The position numbers were made by a program, and so were the translations under genes. Below the pieces are notes generated by a model that was given only the letters and a program-made list of their open reading frames with translations, did no database searches and was not told the origin of the DNA. A DNA stretch of 63,327 bases, the filler included. It is 4 parts of 4 records of this genome, joined end to end, with 100 filler letters (N's around TTAATTAATTAA, not from the genome) between each part and the next. Parts side by side here need not be neighbours in the genome. Positions count along the whole stretch, not along the records: positions 23,615 to 41,039 come from DRR378314_354; 3 more parts are not named here. The stretch is one strand, 5' to 3'. Position 1 is the stretch's first letter; each line of letters starts with the position of its first letter. Below are positions 30,423-40,600 of the stretch, in pieces.

Positions 30423-30709
30423 AATGTGCAGGCAGTCTGAAACGAGCGTTTCAATAGCGGGAAAAAGGGCTGTCACAAGCCCTCTGAATTGGAATGCGGC
30501 GTCTAAGTCGAAAATTATCTTGATTAAAATCAAGAAGTTATAATTAACACCCCGGTGAACAAAATTTAGAACCGTGTTTCATTTAGGCAAATTGGAAGGG
30601 GCCATGGCGCGCTGCAAAGGACAAAAATTGCAAAAGACGAAGAGACAAGGAACCGTATCACAAAATCCATACACTACAAATACTTGCGTATAATGCTAAT
30701 ACTTTAGTC

Positions 30710-30994
30710 CTAGCTTCTTACGCTCTCGTCCTCGGCGTTCATCGCTTGCAACCAGACCAGCAACTCAGCGATCACCTGATACAGCCGAACCGGTATCCGC
30801 TGGTCCAGATCCAGCTGCATCAGCAACCCCACCAGCTCGGGCGCGTCATGCACGAACACGTCCTGGCGTCGGGCCTCGGCGATGATCCGTTCGGCCAGAT
30901 CGCCATAGCCGCGCGCCAATATCCGCGGGGCGTCGCCCTCCTGATAGGCCAGTGCCACCGCCTGGCGGCGGCTGTTGGATTCAGAGTCTTTCAT
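30710..30994 (-). CDS. Stand-alone FlhB/EscU C-terminal-like export switch protein
   Basis: AVALAY...PRILARGYG.LAERII, L.LDQRIP..LY.VIAELL. Confidence 0.88.
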   Translation of the reverse strand: MKDSESNSRRQAVALAYQEGDAPRILARGYGDLAERIIAEARRQDVFVHDAPELVGLLMQLDLDQRIPVRLYQVIAELLVWLQAMNAEDESVRS

Positions 30995-32090
30995 CGCTGG
31001 CCACTCGCAGTCGGACCTGTTCGAAGCCGCAACCCTCGAGGCTGGACTTCAGACGCGGGCTGTCGGCGCGCAGTTGCTCGGCCACCTGTTCGGTGCCGGC
31101 ATCCAGATCAATGCTCAGATCGTCGCCGCGCAGGTCCAGGCGCACACGCACCGGGCCCAGCGACGCCAACTCCACGGTCAGTTCGGAGCGCCAGGTGCCT
31201 TCTTCCCCCGGGTCCTCGCCGTCCTCGTTCTGGTCGCCGTCGGAACGGCCCTGACGGGGCGCTTCGGCGGGCACCTGGATCACCAGAGCCATGAAAATGC
31301 CGGACCAGACGTCCCCTTCCCAACGCAGCACCGGCGTCGCCAGGGTCTCCAGCTGGTGGCGAAGAATCCCCTGCAGGGCCTGGTTGGCGTCGTCGGACAG
31401 GGGGCGCGGCGTGGGCCTGGGGGCCTCTTCACCGTCGGTGACCGTGCGACCCTCGGCGGTCACCGGCGCCGTGGCCGGCCGCTCGGCGACCGGCGTCGCG
31501 GTTGCGCGGGCCGGGGACGGCGCCTCCGCGGCGGCCGGGGCCTTGCCGCCCTCGGCACGGGCGGCGGCAGCCGGGGGTTCAGGCGGCCGGGACAAACGCA
31601 TCTGCGGTTCCTGCGCCAGCCGCGCGCCGCTCATCTCGCCCCGGTACCAGCTTTGCAGATGGGATTCATAGAACAGCCCGCTCTGGCCGACGCTGGCCTG
31701 CAGTCGGTTGGCCAGGGTCGGGGCCTCGGCGTCGGCGGCGGTCATCAGGGGCGCCGCCGGCCGTACCGCCGAAGGCGGCGCCGGGTAGCGGGCGAGGATA
31801 TCGGCGATGGTGCGGGCGGCGGCGCTGAAGTGGGTTTGCGTGGACCCGGTTGCCGGGTCCGCCGGCGGCGCCAGGGTTTGCGGGGCGCGGGCACGCTGGT
31901 GCGTGGCCGGCAGGTCCGGCAAGGGCGCGGTGCGCGGGTCAAGGCGCGAGTCGCTGCGCACCGCCGGCGGCGCTTCAGCGGGGCTGAGCGGACGCACCGG
32001 CTCGGGGGTCTGCCGGGCCACGGGCACGTCGACCCGTTTGCCCAGCACTTGATGCAGCAGGGTATCCAGAATCGGCGTGATGCCGCTCAC
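30981..32090 (-). CDS. Flagellar hook-length control (FliK-domain) protein
   Basis: MSGITPILDTLLHQVLG, QSGLFYESH, Pro/Ala-rich linker, C-terminal WRSEL...LGPV FliK domain. Confidence 0.75.
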   Translation of the reverse strand: MSGITPILDTLLHQVLGKRVDVPVARQTPEPVRPLSPAEAPPAVRSDSRLDPRTAPLPDLPATHQRARAPQTLAPPADPATGSTQTHFSAAARTIADILARYPAPPSAVRPAAPLMTAADAEAPTLANRLQASVGQSGLFYESHLQSWYRGEMSGARLAQEPQMRLSRPPEPPAAAARAEGGKAPAAAEAPSPARATATPVAERPATAPVTAEGRTVTDGEEAPRPTPRPLSDDANQALQGILRHQLETLATPVLRWEGDVWSGIFMALVIQVPAEAPRQGRSDGDQNEDGEDPGEEGTWRSELTVELASLGPVRVRLDLRGDDLSIDLDAGTEQVAEQLRADSPRLKSSLEGCGFEQVRLRVASDERL

Positions 32091-32491
32091 GGCGTGTCTT
32101 CGTCCAGGTGGAACGCGGAATCCATGGAGGTGGCTTCCTGGGGCCCATAGGAACGGCGCAAATCCCGCTTACGCCTGGACGTGCCGATCAGCCCGGCCAG
32201 TTCGTCCCGGCGCGCCACCAGGCAGCGGCGTATTTCCAGGTCGTGCTCGAGTATCCGCTCCAGCAATTCCGCTTTGCGGGCCCGCTGCGAGGGGTCGAGC
32301 GCGGTGTCCTGCTCGCGGCTGGAGAGCTGTTCCACGTCCACCAGATAGTGCGCCTCTTCATCCATCAGGGCGTCCCAGTCCTGGCGGCGCACGCAGTCCA
32401 GCATACGCCCGGAGCGCGCCAGCAGGGCCTCATAGGCGAGCAGTACCTGTTCCGCCGACAATGCCCGGCGCGGGGATTCGATTTCGGTCAT
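32087..32491 (-). CDS. fliT: Flagellar chaperone FliT
   Basis: ML...QDWDAL..E..Y, ILEHD.EIR...RRDEL; follows fliS. Confidence 0.85.
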   Translation of the reverse strand: MTEIESPRRALSAEQVLLAYEALLARSGRMLDCVRRQDWDALMDEEAHYLVDVEQLSSREQDTALDPSQRARKAELLERILEHDLEIRRCLVARRDELAGLIGTSRRKRDLRRSYGPQEATSMDSAFHLDEDTP

Positions 32492-32913
32492 TCAGCCCCC
32501 TGATGCGCGGCGGGTTTGATCTGGTTCCAGGCTTCACCCAGGTCCGCCAGCAAGCGGCCGGCCTCGTCCAGGCTGGCCGGGTCGTTACGCAGATTGGCGT
32601 TAAGCAGCAAACGGGCGATGTAGTCGTACAGCGATGCCATGCGGTCAGCGAGCTCGCCGCCCTTTTCCCGGTCCAGGGCCGCCAGCAAGCCGTTGTTGAC
32701 GATGTCCAGCGCTTTCGAAATGGCCTTGCCCTTCTCCGCCACCTGCCCTTCGCGCATGTGCAGCGCGGCCGCACGGATGGCGGTGCCGGCGCCGTCGAAC
32801 AGCATGCTGATCAATTGATGGGGGCTGGCCGACATTACCCCGCTTTCCACCCCTACCCGGGCGTAGGCCCCCGCGCCCCGGGCGTACCCGGCGGCGCCAC
32901 GCGTCATTGTCAT
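32488..32913 (-). CDS. fliS: Flagellin export chaperone FliS
   Basis: YARVGVESGVMSASPHQLISMLFDGA, LYDYI, EAW. Confidence 0.95.
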   Translation of the reverse strand: MTMTRGAAGYARGAGAYARVGVESGVMSASPHQLISMLFDGAGTAIRAAALHMREGQVAEKGKAISKALDIVNNGLLAALDREKGGELADRMASLYDYIARLLLNANLRNDPASLDEAGRLLADLGEAWNQIKPAAHQGAE

Positions 32914-32946
32914 GAGTCGTACCCTCTGCTGGTTACCTTTCCTGGC

Positions 32947-34299
32947 TTACTGGCTCAACTGGGCGTTCAGCGAATCGAACTGCTGAGTCAGGTAGCTGCT
33001 GGTGGAGTTCATTTCCGCGATCATCGAGTCCAGCTTGCTGAACTGCTCGCGGTAGCGGGCGATGGTGCTGTCGATGCGCTCCTCGGTGCGCAGGTAGCGT
33101 TCGCCGAGACCCTCGATGCGGTCTTCCAGACCGCTGGTGGCGTTCCCCAGGGTGCCGCTTTCACCGAGCATCTTGCCGAGGGTGGCATCAAGCTGCGCGG
33201 CCAGGCCCTCCGATTCTCCGGTGCCGGAGAAGAAATCCGTCAGCGCGCCGAGATTGTCCGCCACCGCGGCGTCCAGTTTTTCGTCGTCCACTTCCAGGGT
33301 GCCGTCGATGGTGAGGTCCACGCCGATATCGGCGAGAGCGCTGAATTCACCGCCGGACACCACGCCGCCCATGACGCCGCGGATACGGGATTCAATGCCG
33401 CGCAGGGTGGTGTCGCCGAGCAGCTCGCCGCTGGTACCGGTTTCCTGGTCGTAGCTGGTGAGGCTGTCCATGGTCTTCTGGAGGCTGTTGTAGCTTTCCA
33501 CGAAGCTGGTCACCGCTTTCTTGATGCCGGCGGTGTCGCGGGTCACCGAGATGGTGGCGTTGCCCTCTTCCTCGAGGTTGAGCGTGACCCCCTGAACCGC
33601 GCCTTCCACGCGGTTGCTCTGGCTCTCGATATCGATGCCGTTGACGCTCAGGGACGCATTGATGGCGGTGACCTCGGTGCCGGCATCCACGGCGAGGGTG
33701 TCGCCGAGACCGCCGGTACCGAAGTCGACGCTGGCGATCGCCGCGTCGGTGCCGGTGTCGGTGGCGGACAGCACCAGCCGGTGCGGCTGACCGCTGCCGT
33801 CATTGACCAGTGAGGCCTGGACGCCCTTGCCCGCCTCGTTGATGGCGTCGCGGATGCCTTCCAGGGAGCTCTGGTCCTCGCCCACATCAATACTGAAGTT
33901 GTCGCCGTTACCGAGCGTGAAACTGATCGCGCCGGCGCCCAGCTTCTCGGTTTTGTCGGTCACGCCCTGGGTGGCGATGCTGTAGGCACGGGCCTTGTGG
34001 TTGACCACGATGTCGTGGGTGCCGGGCAGCGCGTCCTCGCCGACCACGGCGGTCAGGGCGTCGCCGGACACGTTGCTCTTCACCGCGTCGAACTGCTGGC
34101 TGTCGGCGAGCTTGGCCGCCGCCTCGCGGAAGTCATCAAGCTTGCTCTCCAGCGTGCCGTAGGCGGAGATCTTCGCCTGGTAGCTTTTCTGTTGCTGGGT
34201 GATCGGCGTCAGCTGCTGACGCTCCGCCGACTCCATCTGGTCGAGCAGGCCGTTGAGGTCGAGCCCGGAACCGATACCCAAAGAAGAAATAGAAGCCAT
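32947..34299 (-). CDS. fliD: Flagellar filament cap FliD
   Basis: MASISSLGIGSGLD; C-terminal RYREQFSKLD...SYLTQQF. Confidence 0.95.
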   Translation of the reverse strand: MASISSLGIGSGLDLNGLLDQMESAERQQLTPITQQQKSYQAKISAYGTLESKLDDFREAAAKLADSQQFDAVKSNVSGDALTAVVGEDALPGTHDIVVNHKARAYSIATQGVTDKTEKLGAGAISFTLGNGDNFSIDVGEDQSSLEGIRDAINEAGKGVQASLVNDGSGQPHRLVLSATDTGTDAAIASVDFGTGGLGDTLAVDAGTEVTAINASLSVNGIDIESQSNRVEGAVQGVTLNLEEEGNATISVTRDTAGIKKAVTSFVESYNSLQKTMDSLTSYDQETGTSGELLGDTTLRGIESRIRGVMGGVVSGGEFSALADIGVDLTIDGTLEVDDEKLDAAVADNLGALTDFFSGTGESEGLAAQLDATLGKMLGESGTLGNATSGLEDRIEGLGERYLRTEERIDSTIARYREQFSKLDSMIAEMNSTSSYLTQQFDSLNAQLSQ

Positions 34300-34389
34300 G
34301 GTCTTTCCTTGCAAAGTACCTACGTATTGTGCGCCGCCCGGGCGCCGCCGCAGCGGTGGATAAGGGCGACCATTTACCGCTATTTCATG

Positions 34390-34416
34390 CTATCGGCGGT
34401 AACCGCCTCGACTTTA
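34390..34416 (-). promoter_or_regulatory. Sigma28 promoter for fliDST
   Basis: Minus strand TAAA-N15-GCCGATAG. Confidence 0.85.
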
Positions 34417-34427
34417 GCGCGCCGCCA

Positions 34428-36116
34428 CTAGCCGGGCGCGGGCAACGAGGCCACCGGCTCGCCGAGCCGCTCCAGGGCGCCGCCTTCCAATAACTGCTCT
34501 GGGTCGGCGCCGGGAAAGGCACTGCCCCGGGAGATCTGCACCTGCACCGGCATGCCCTGGTCGTCCAGCCGCCGCACCCAGGCCAGCAACCCGCCCTGAT
34601 AACGCACCAGGCTGCCCACCGGCCAGCGCCCGAAGTGGGCGCGGTGACGGTCCACCCAGCGGCGGTCGAACTGGTGGGGCGAGTCGTGCAGGTGGCCGTA
34701 AATCGCTTCCGCGGACCAGGGGCGCCGGCCCGGACGCACCCGCGCCATCACGTCGGACACGTCCACCACCGAGGCGAGCCGCGCCAGTTCCGGCAACTCG
34801 TCGGCACCGCGCCCATGCGGGTAGCCGTGGCCGTCGAGCCGCTCATTGACGTCACGCACCACCGCCTCCACCACCGAGGAGGCCAGCCAGCGGCAGCTTT
34901 CCAAGCGCTGGGTAATCAGCGCCACATGCCCCTGCAGCCAGCGGTATTGGCTGGCGTTGAGAAACTGCATCTCAAGAAGATCCCGGGGCAACAGCGCCTT
35001 GCCCAGGTCGTGCACCAGGCCGGCGGCGGCCAGCGCCTTGCACAGCTCATGGGGCATTTTTTCACTTCTGGCGAAGTCCAGCAGATGGACCGACACGCCC
35101 AGGGAATGCCGCACCAGCAGCGTTTCCTTATCCAGGCACTGCACCGCGAACAACAGCGCCTCACGGTCCTCGTCCTGCAGTGCCAGCAGGCGGTCCGCAT
35201 GCCGCGACAACTGCACCGCGTCGACCATGCCGCCCTGGCGCAACGCCAGAATCTGGTTGTCCAGATAGGCGGCGGTGGGCGCCAGCCGGCGAGTCATGGC
35301 GGTGGCGTAATCGTGCGTCTGGCGGCGGCTCACGCTGCCGTGCTCTTCGTTTTTGTTACCCTGGAACAACTGCGACGGCGCCAGCGGCGTGCGCGTGTTG
35401 CCCGCCATGCGCGCCGCCTCACGCTCGATCTCGCGGACCATGAACCACAAGCGCCGGTCGTCCTCGGCGCTGCGCTCGGCGAACACAAACCCCACTTTGA
35501 CCAGGCCCCGCTGCGCGTCCGCCTTCTGGTGGCGCGGGCTGCCACGCACCAAGAACCGGGTGCCGTTGGGGAAAAACAGCTCCAGCTCGAACACCGCCGC
35601 GTTGGACATCAGCGCGGTCATGGCGCTGGCCGACAGCTCCACCAGACAGCCCTGCAAGGACAGATCGCGCAGATCGCCCTGGGCGGACAGGCCGCTTTCC
35701 CGGTCACGCAGCACCACGCCCACCTCCATGCCCAGCCGCAGCTCGGCACGGAAGGTATCGCGGCGCTGCAGAATCTCCATCTCCGGCGGGTAATCGCAAC
35801 GGCACAGCATCCTGTCGTCACGCTCGAAACACATGTCCGCGCTTAATAAAGGTGTGCGCAATACCCCGCCGCGGGCCAGCCCCATCAGCCGGAAGCCGGC
35901 GCCACGGCGCAAATCCGCGGCGATATGCCGGATCGCGCTGATATCCAGCAGCAGGCTCTCACCCGGGTTCACCTCGAACACCACCACCGGCATCGGCTCG
36001 CCACCGGTCTTATCCAACGCCAGCGACGCCGCCCCCGGCTGGGTCAGATGTTCCAGCAAATCCTGTATCTCCGGGGGATGCTCCACCCGACTGAATGCAT
36101 CGTCCTGCGACGTCAT
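34428..36116 (-). CDS. YcgR-like PilZ domain fused to a degenerate HD-GYP domain
   Basis: QRRDTFR and DLSLQG PilZ motifs; HDLGK and VNERLDGHGYP; start set at ATG 36116 (GAGGG RBS, downstream of the sigma28 promoter). Confidence 0.8.
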   Translation of the reverse strand: MTSQDDAFSRVEHPPEIQDLLEHLTQPGAASLALDKTGGEPMPVVVFEVNPGESLLLDISAIRHIAADLRRGAGFRLMGLARGGVLRTPLLSADMCFERDDRMLCRCDYPPEMEILQRRDTFRAELRLGMEVGVVLRDRESGLSAQGDLRDLSLQGCLVELSASAMTALMSNAAVFELELFFPNGTRFLVRGSPRHQKADAQRGLVKVGFVFAERSAEDDRRLWFMVREIEREAARMAGNTRTPLAPSQLFQGNKNEEHGSVSRRQTHDYATAMTRRLAPTAAYLDNQILALRQGGMVDAVQLSRHADRLLALQDEDREALLFAVQCLDKETLLVRHSLGVSVHLLDFARSEKMPHELCKALAAAGLVHDLGKALLPRDLLEMQFLNASQYRWLQGHVALITQRLESCRWLASSVVEAVVRDVNERLDGHGYPHGRGADELPELARLASVVDVSDVMARVRPGRRPWSAEAIYGHLHDSPHQFDRRWVDRHRAHFGRWPVGSLVRYQGGLLAWVRRLDDQGMPVQVQISRGSAFPGADPEQLLEGGALERLGEPVASLPAPG

Positions 36117-36154
36117 ACCGATATCCCTCGCCTTCGCCTCGCTAACAGCCTTGC

Positions 36155-36181
36155 TTATCGGCACACCCCGGCGCGGCTTTA
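36155..36181 (-). promoter_or_regulatory. Sigma28 promoter for the PilZ/HD-GYP gene
   Basis: Minus strand TAAA-N15-GCCGATAA, exact consensus. Confidence 0.88.
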
Positions 36182-36207
36182 ACCGCAAAACTTTTTGCCG
36201 CCAACCC

Positions 36208-36234
36208 TAAAGCGAAACGCGAATCCGCCGAAAG
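36208..36234 (+). promoter_or_regulatory. Sigma28 promoter for fliC
   Basis: TAAA-N15-GCCGAAAG. Confidence 0.8.
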
Positions 36235-36297
36235 ACGGTGTAACGGCCAGCGCCGTTGCTCTCAAACCAAACGGTGAATCACAAAAGGACATTTGCT

Positions 36298-37455
36298 ATG
36301 TCAGTTATCAACACCAACATCACGGCCATGATCGGCCAACAGAACCTGGGCAAATCCCAGAGTGCTCTGCAGACCTCCATGGAGCGTCTGTCCTCCGGCC
36401 TGCGTATCAACAGCGCCGCTGACGACGCCGCCGGCCAGGCCATCGCCAACCGCATGACCGCCCAGACCACTGGCCTGGGTCAGGCTCAGCGTAACGCCAA
36501 CGACGGCATCTCCGTGGCGCAGACCGCTGAAGGCGCGCTCAACCAGGTGAACGACAACCTGCAGCGCATCCGTGAGCTGACGGTTCAGGCACAGAACGAC
36601 ACCAACTCTCCGGAAGATTTGAACTCCATCCAGGACGAAATCACCCAGCGCCTGGGCGAGATCGACCGTATCTCCGAAGAAACCAACTTCAACGGCGTGA
36701 AAGTGCTGGCTGAAGACCAGGAATTCTCCATCCAGGTCGGCGCCAACGATGGTGAGCAGATCACCATGAACCTGAAGGAAATCAACGCCGAGACCCTGGG
36801 TCTGGACGATTTCAACGTGAACACCCGCCTGGCTGAAGTGCCGGCCGACGGTGATTCCATCGAAATCGACGGTCAGAGCTACAACGTCACCGCCGCCGGC
36901 GCCGGCGCCACTGGTGCCGACTCCACCGATATCGATGCTGACGAAATCAGCGAAGGCACCGTTACCGGCACCCCGGTGGCCAGCGGTACCAACAGCCTGA
37001 TCGTTGACGACAACGGCACCGCCTACGTGAAGAACGAAAACGCCGGTGAAGTCAGCTACTACGAAGCCGACCTGACCGTCAGCGACGGTACCGCTACCGG
37101 TTCCGCCAGCGTGACCTACACGGTTGCCGCCGACGCCAAAGCGGTTAGCGGTGTCACCGACGACGCCACCCAGGTAGCCACCGAGAACCCGCTGGCCGCC
37201 CTGGACTCCGCGCTCAGCGACGTAGACAGCCTGCGCTCCGAAATGGGTGCCATGCAGAACCGTTTCGATTCCGCGATCACCAACCTGAGCACCACCGAAA
37301 CCAACCTGTCCGCGGCCCGTTCGCGCATCGAAGATGCCGACTACGCGGTGGAAGTGTCCAACATGACCCGCGCGCAGATCCTGCAGCAGGCCGGCACCTC
37401 CGTACTGGCCCAGGCCAACCAGGTACCGCAGAGCGTCCTGTCCCTGCTCGGCTAA
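36298..37455 (+). CDS. fliC: Flagellin
   Basis: [55 protein letters not shown]. Confidence 0.98.
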   Translation: MSVINTNITAMIGQQNLGKSQSALQTSMERLSSGLRINSAADDAAGQAIANRMTAQTTGLGQAQRNANDGISVAQTAEGALNQVNDNLQRIRELTVQAQNDTNSPEDLNSIQDEITQRLGEIDRISEETNFNGVKVLAEDQEFSIQVGANDGEQITMNLKEINAETLGLDDFNVNTRLAEVPADGDSIEIDGQSYNVTAAGAGATGADSTDIDADEISEGTVTGTPVASGTNSLIVDDNGTAYVKNENAGEVSYYEADLTVSDGTATGSASVTYTVAADAKAVSGVTDDATQVATENPLAALDSALSDVDSLRSEMGAMQNRFDSAITNLSTTETNLSAARSRIEDADYAVEVSNMTRAQILQQAGTSVLAQANQVPQSVLSLLG

Positions 37456-37475
37456 CCAGCCAGCCATCGGGATAC

Positions 37476-37502
37476 AGAAGGCCCCCACAAGGGGCCTTCT
37501 TT
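37476..37502 (+). terminator. Intrinsic terminator after fliC
   Basis: AGAAGGCCCC-CACAA-GGGGCCTTCT then TT. Confidence 0.8.
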
Positions 37503-37621
37503 CGTTCCGGCACCGCCAAAGCCCTGAAATAACCGCTTAAACCCCCGCTTAATCCCATCTTTAGCCCGTCCGGCCCACTGCTAACCTCTTCCTACCGCCA
37601 TAACGCAGGCTCGGGGTCATC

Positions 37622-40600
37622 ATGTCCGTCAAAACCACACCGTCCGCCACCTTCTCACGCATCAAGCACGCGTATCGTCAGGCCTGGAAAGGCCGCGAAT
37701 TCGCAAAAGCGGAGAAGCAAGCCGTCTTGATGACCCGACGCCATCCGAACTACGCCTACTCATGGCGCTCTCTGGGGGCGGCGCGGGTAGAACTGAAGCG
37801 CCCGGCGGACGCCCTGGAGGCGCTGGCGGAGGCCACCCGCCTGGAGCCGAACGATGACCAGGGGTTTTACTGGCTGGGTTCCGCCCGCTTCGCCTTGAAA
37901 GACTGGGATCAGGCGTCACGGGAGCTTCAGCAATGCCTGGCGTTGAATCCCCGGCACGCGGCGGCACACGCACTGCTGGCACGCGTATACAGTGCCCAGG
38001 GCCGGCGCGAACGGGCGATGGAAAGTATCGACACGGCACGCTCCCTGGATCCGGACAGCCCGGCCATCCTGACCCAGAGAATCAATATTTTCTCGGCGGC
38101 GCGGCGCATGGAAGACGTACTCGCCGACTGTCAGCGCCTGTTGGAGCTGGATAGCAACAACCCCAGCTTCTATAACCTGGTGGCCGGGAAATACTGCGAG
38201 ATGGCTGACTTCGCCCGGGGCGCTCACTACTTCGAAGAGGCGCTGAAACGCAGGCCGGACTATCTCGAGGCCTTTTCCAACCGCATCTTTAACGCCCATT
38301 ACGACCCCTCCTTGAGCCACCAGGACATCGCTGCCCTGATTCAGCGCTGGCGGGCAAGCTTTTCACCGGCGCAACGGCCGCGCCGGCCGGAAGGCGGCGG
38401 CCGCGAAGAAAGCCGTCGGCTCACCGTTGGCCTGCTTTCCTCCGGCCTGCGAATGCACCCGGTGGGTCAGATGATCACCTCGGCCCTGGAGAATCTGCCT
38501 GAAGAGGGCTTCCGACTGACGGTCTATTCCACCAGCGACCTGAAAGACGCGCTCACCGCACGGATGCGGGCAATCACCGACCAATGGCATAACGTCGCCG
38601 GCCATCCGGATGCCAGCGTGGAAGCCTTCATACGGCAGGATCAGGTGGACATCCTGATCGACCTGAGCGGCCATACCGACGGTAACCGTCTGCGGCTGAT
38701 CGCCCGGGAACCGGCGCCGCTGATCGTTAAATGGGTGGGCGGCCTGGTCAATACCACCGGGCTGGACGCCATCGACTACCTGATCAGCGATTCGGTGGAG
38801 ACGCCGCCGGGTTGCGACGCGGACTATCTGGAGAAGCTGGTCCGGATGCCCGACGACTACATCTGTTATATGCCGCCGGAGCACGCGCCGCCGGTGGGCG
38901 GGCTGCCGGCCGCCGAAAACGGCTATGTGACCTTCGGCTGTCTGAATAACCCGGCGAAGATCAATCCCCAGCTGATCGACGAATGGGCGCGCCTGCTCCA
39001 GGAGATTCCCGACAGCCGGCTGCTGCTGAAGAGCGGTCAGTACAGCGACGCCACTTTCCGCGAACGTCTATGGTCGGATTTCGAAGCCGCCGGCATCGAG
39101 CGGCAACGCGTGATGCTGGAAGGCCCGGAAAACCACGCCGCCTTCCTGGACACCTACAACCGCATCGACATCGCCCTGGACCCCTGGCCCTATTCCGGCG
39201 GCCTGACCACCTGCGAAGCGCTGTTAATGGGGGTGCCGGTGATCACCCTGCCCGGCCCCACGTTCGCCGGCCGGCATGCCGCCTCCCACCTGGTCAACGC
39301 CGGCCTGCCGGAACTGGTGGTGGACAGCTGGGACGCCTACCGCGCCCGGGCCCGCGATCTGGCCGGCGACCTGGACAATCTGGCCACCGTGCGGCGCCAT
39401 CTTCGCGATACCCTGATGCAGTCGCCGGTGTGCGACGCACCCCGCTTCGCCGCCCACCTGAGCGCCGCCCTGCGGGGCATCTGGCAGCGCTATTGCCGCG
39501 ACCTGCCACCCGCCGCTCTGACGTTCAGTCAGGACGGCACCGGGCACTTCGAGGATCAGGCGCTTCCGGTACCGGAGCCGATCCTGCCATCCGTCACCCT
39601 GGCAAAGGCGGCGGCACGGCGGGAAAACGCCGGCCGATTCCAGTTTGATTTCAGCGGTAAGATCGTTGCCCTGGATAACGGCGGGCAGCTGCTGGCAACC
39701 GGCGCGGCGGACTCACTGCTACCGCTGGGCGCCTTCGAGTTGCTGGTGTTCGATCCGCTGGGTGAGCATGCGGCGCAGGCGGACGGTCAACGCAACGGCC
39801 TTCAGGTTTTCCCGCAAACCACCCTCGGCGACGGTAACCCGGCGGTCCACTACGCCTGCCTGGACCCGGCGTTCAGCGCCACACTGCGACCCGCGGAGGA
39901 CGCCGGACAGGGCGCCCGGGTACTCACCGAGTTGCCGGTGAACACGGTGACGCTGGATAGCATCGAGGGGTTGCCCAGCCTGGACTGGCTGGTGCTGGAC
40001 CACCGCAACGACAGCCTCGCCACCCTGCGTAACGGCGCCCGCGCCCTGGAGCAAACCCTGCTGATCCAGGCCACCGTCTGCTTCGGCCCCGGACCGGAGA
40101 ACCAGCCGGACCTTGCCGGGCTGTGCCAGTGGGCCGGCGAACACGGCTTCCGCCTCTACCGGCTCGATCCTGTCCGGCATCACAGTCACCTGCCGGAACA
40201 TCTGGGCCCGCAACGCCAGGCCTCGGAGCTGAGGACCGCCAAGGCGCTCCTGCTGCCGGTGCCCTCGCGTCTGGCGGAACTGGACCAAAACCGCAAGACG
40301 CGGCTCGCGTTCTTGCTGCATACCGTCTACGGCATCCAGGATCTGGCCTATGCCCTGCTCAGCGAGGTGGACGAAACGCAGGCGGCGCGCTACCTGGCCG
40401 ATCTGAACGGTGACGCTCCGTCGCCACGGACGCCGGACATTCCCGACGCGCCCTTTATGTCCGAGGCGGAAAAAGCGCTGTTCAAAAAGAGTCTGGAGCG
40501 GGCCGGGCGCTACTTCGAGTTCGGCTCCGGCGGCTCCACGGTGTGGGCCTGCCAGGCCGGGCTGACCGTACACGGCGTGGAAAGCGACGCCGCCTGGGTG

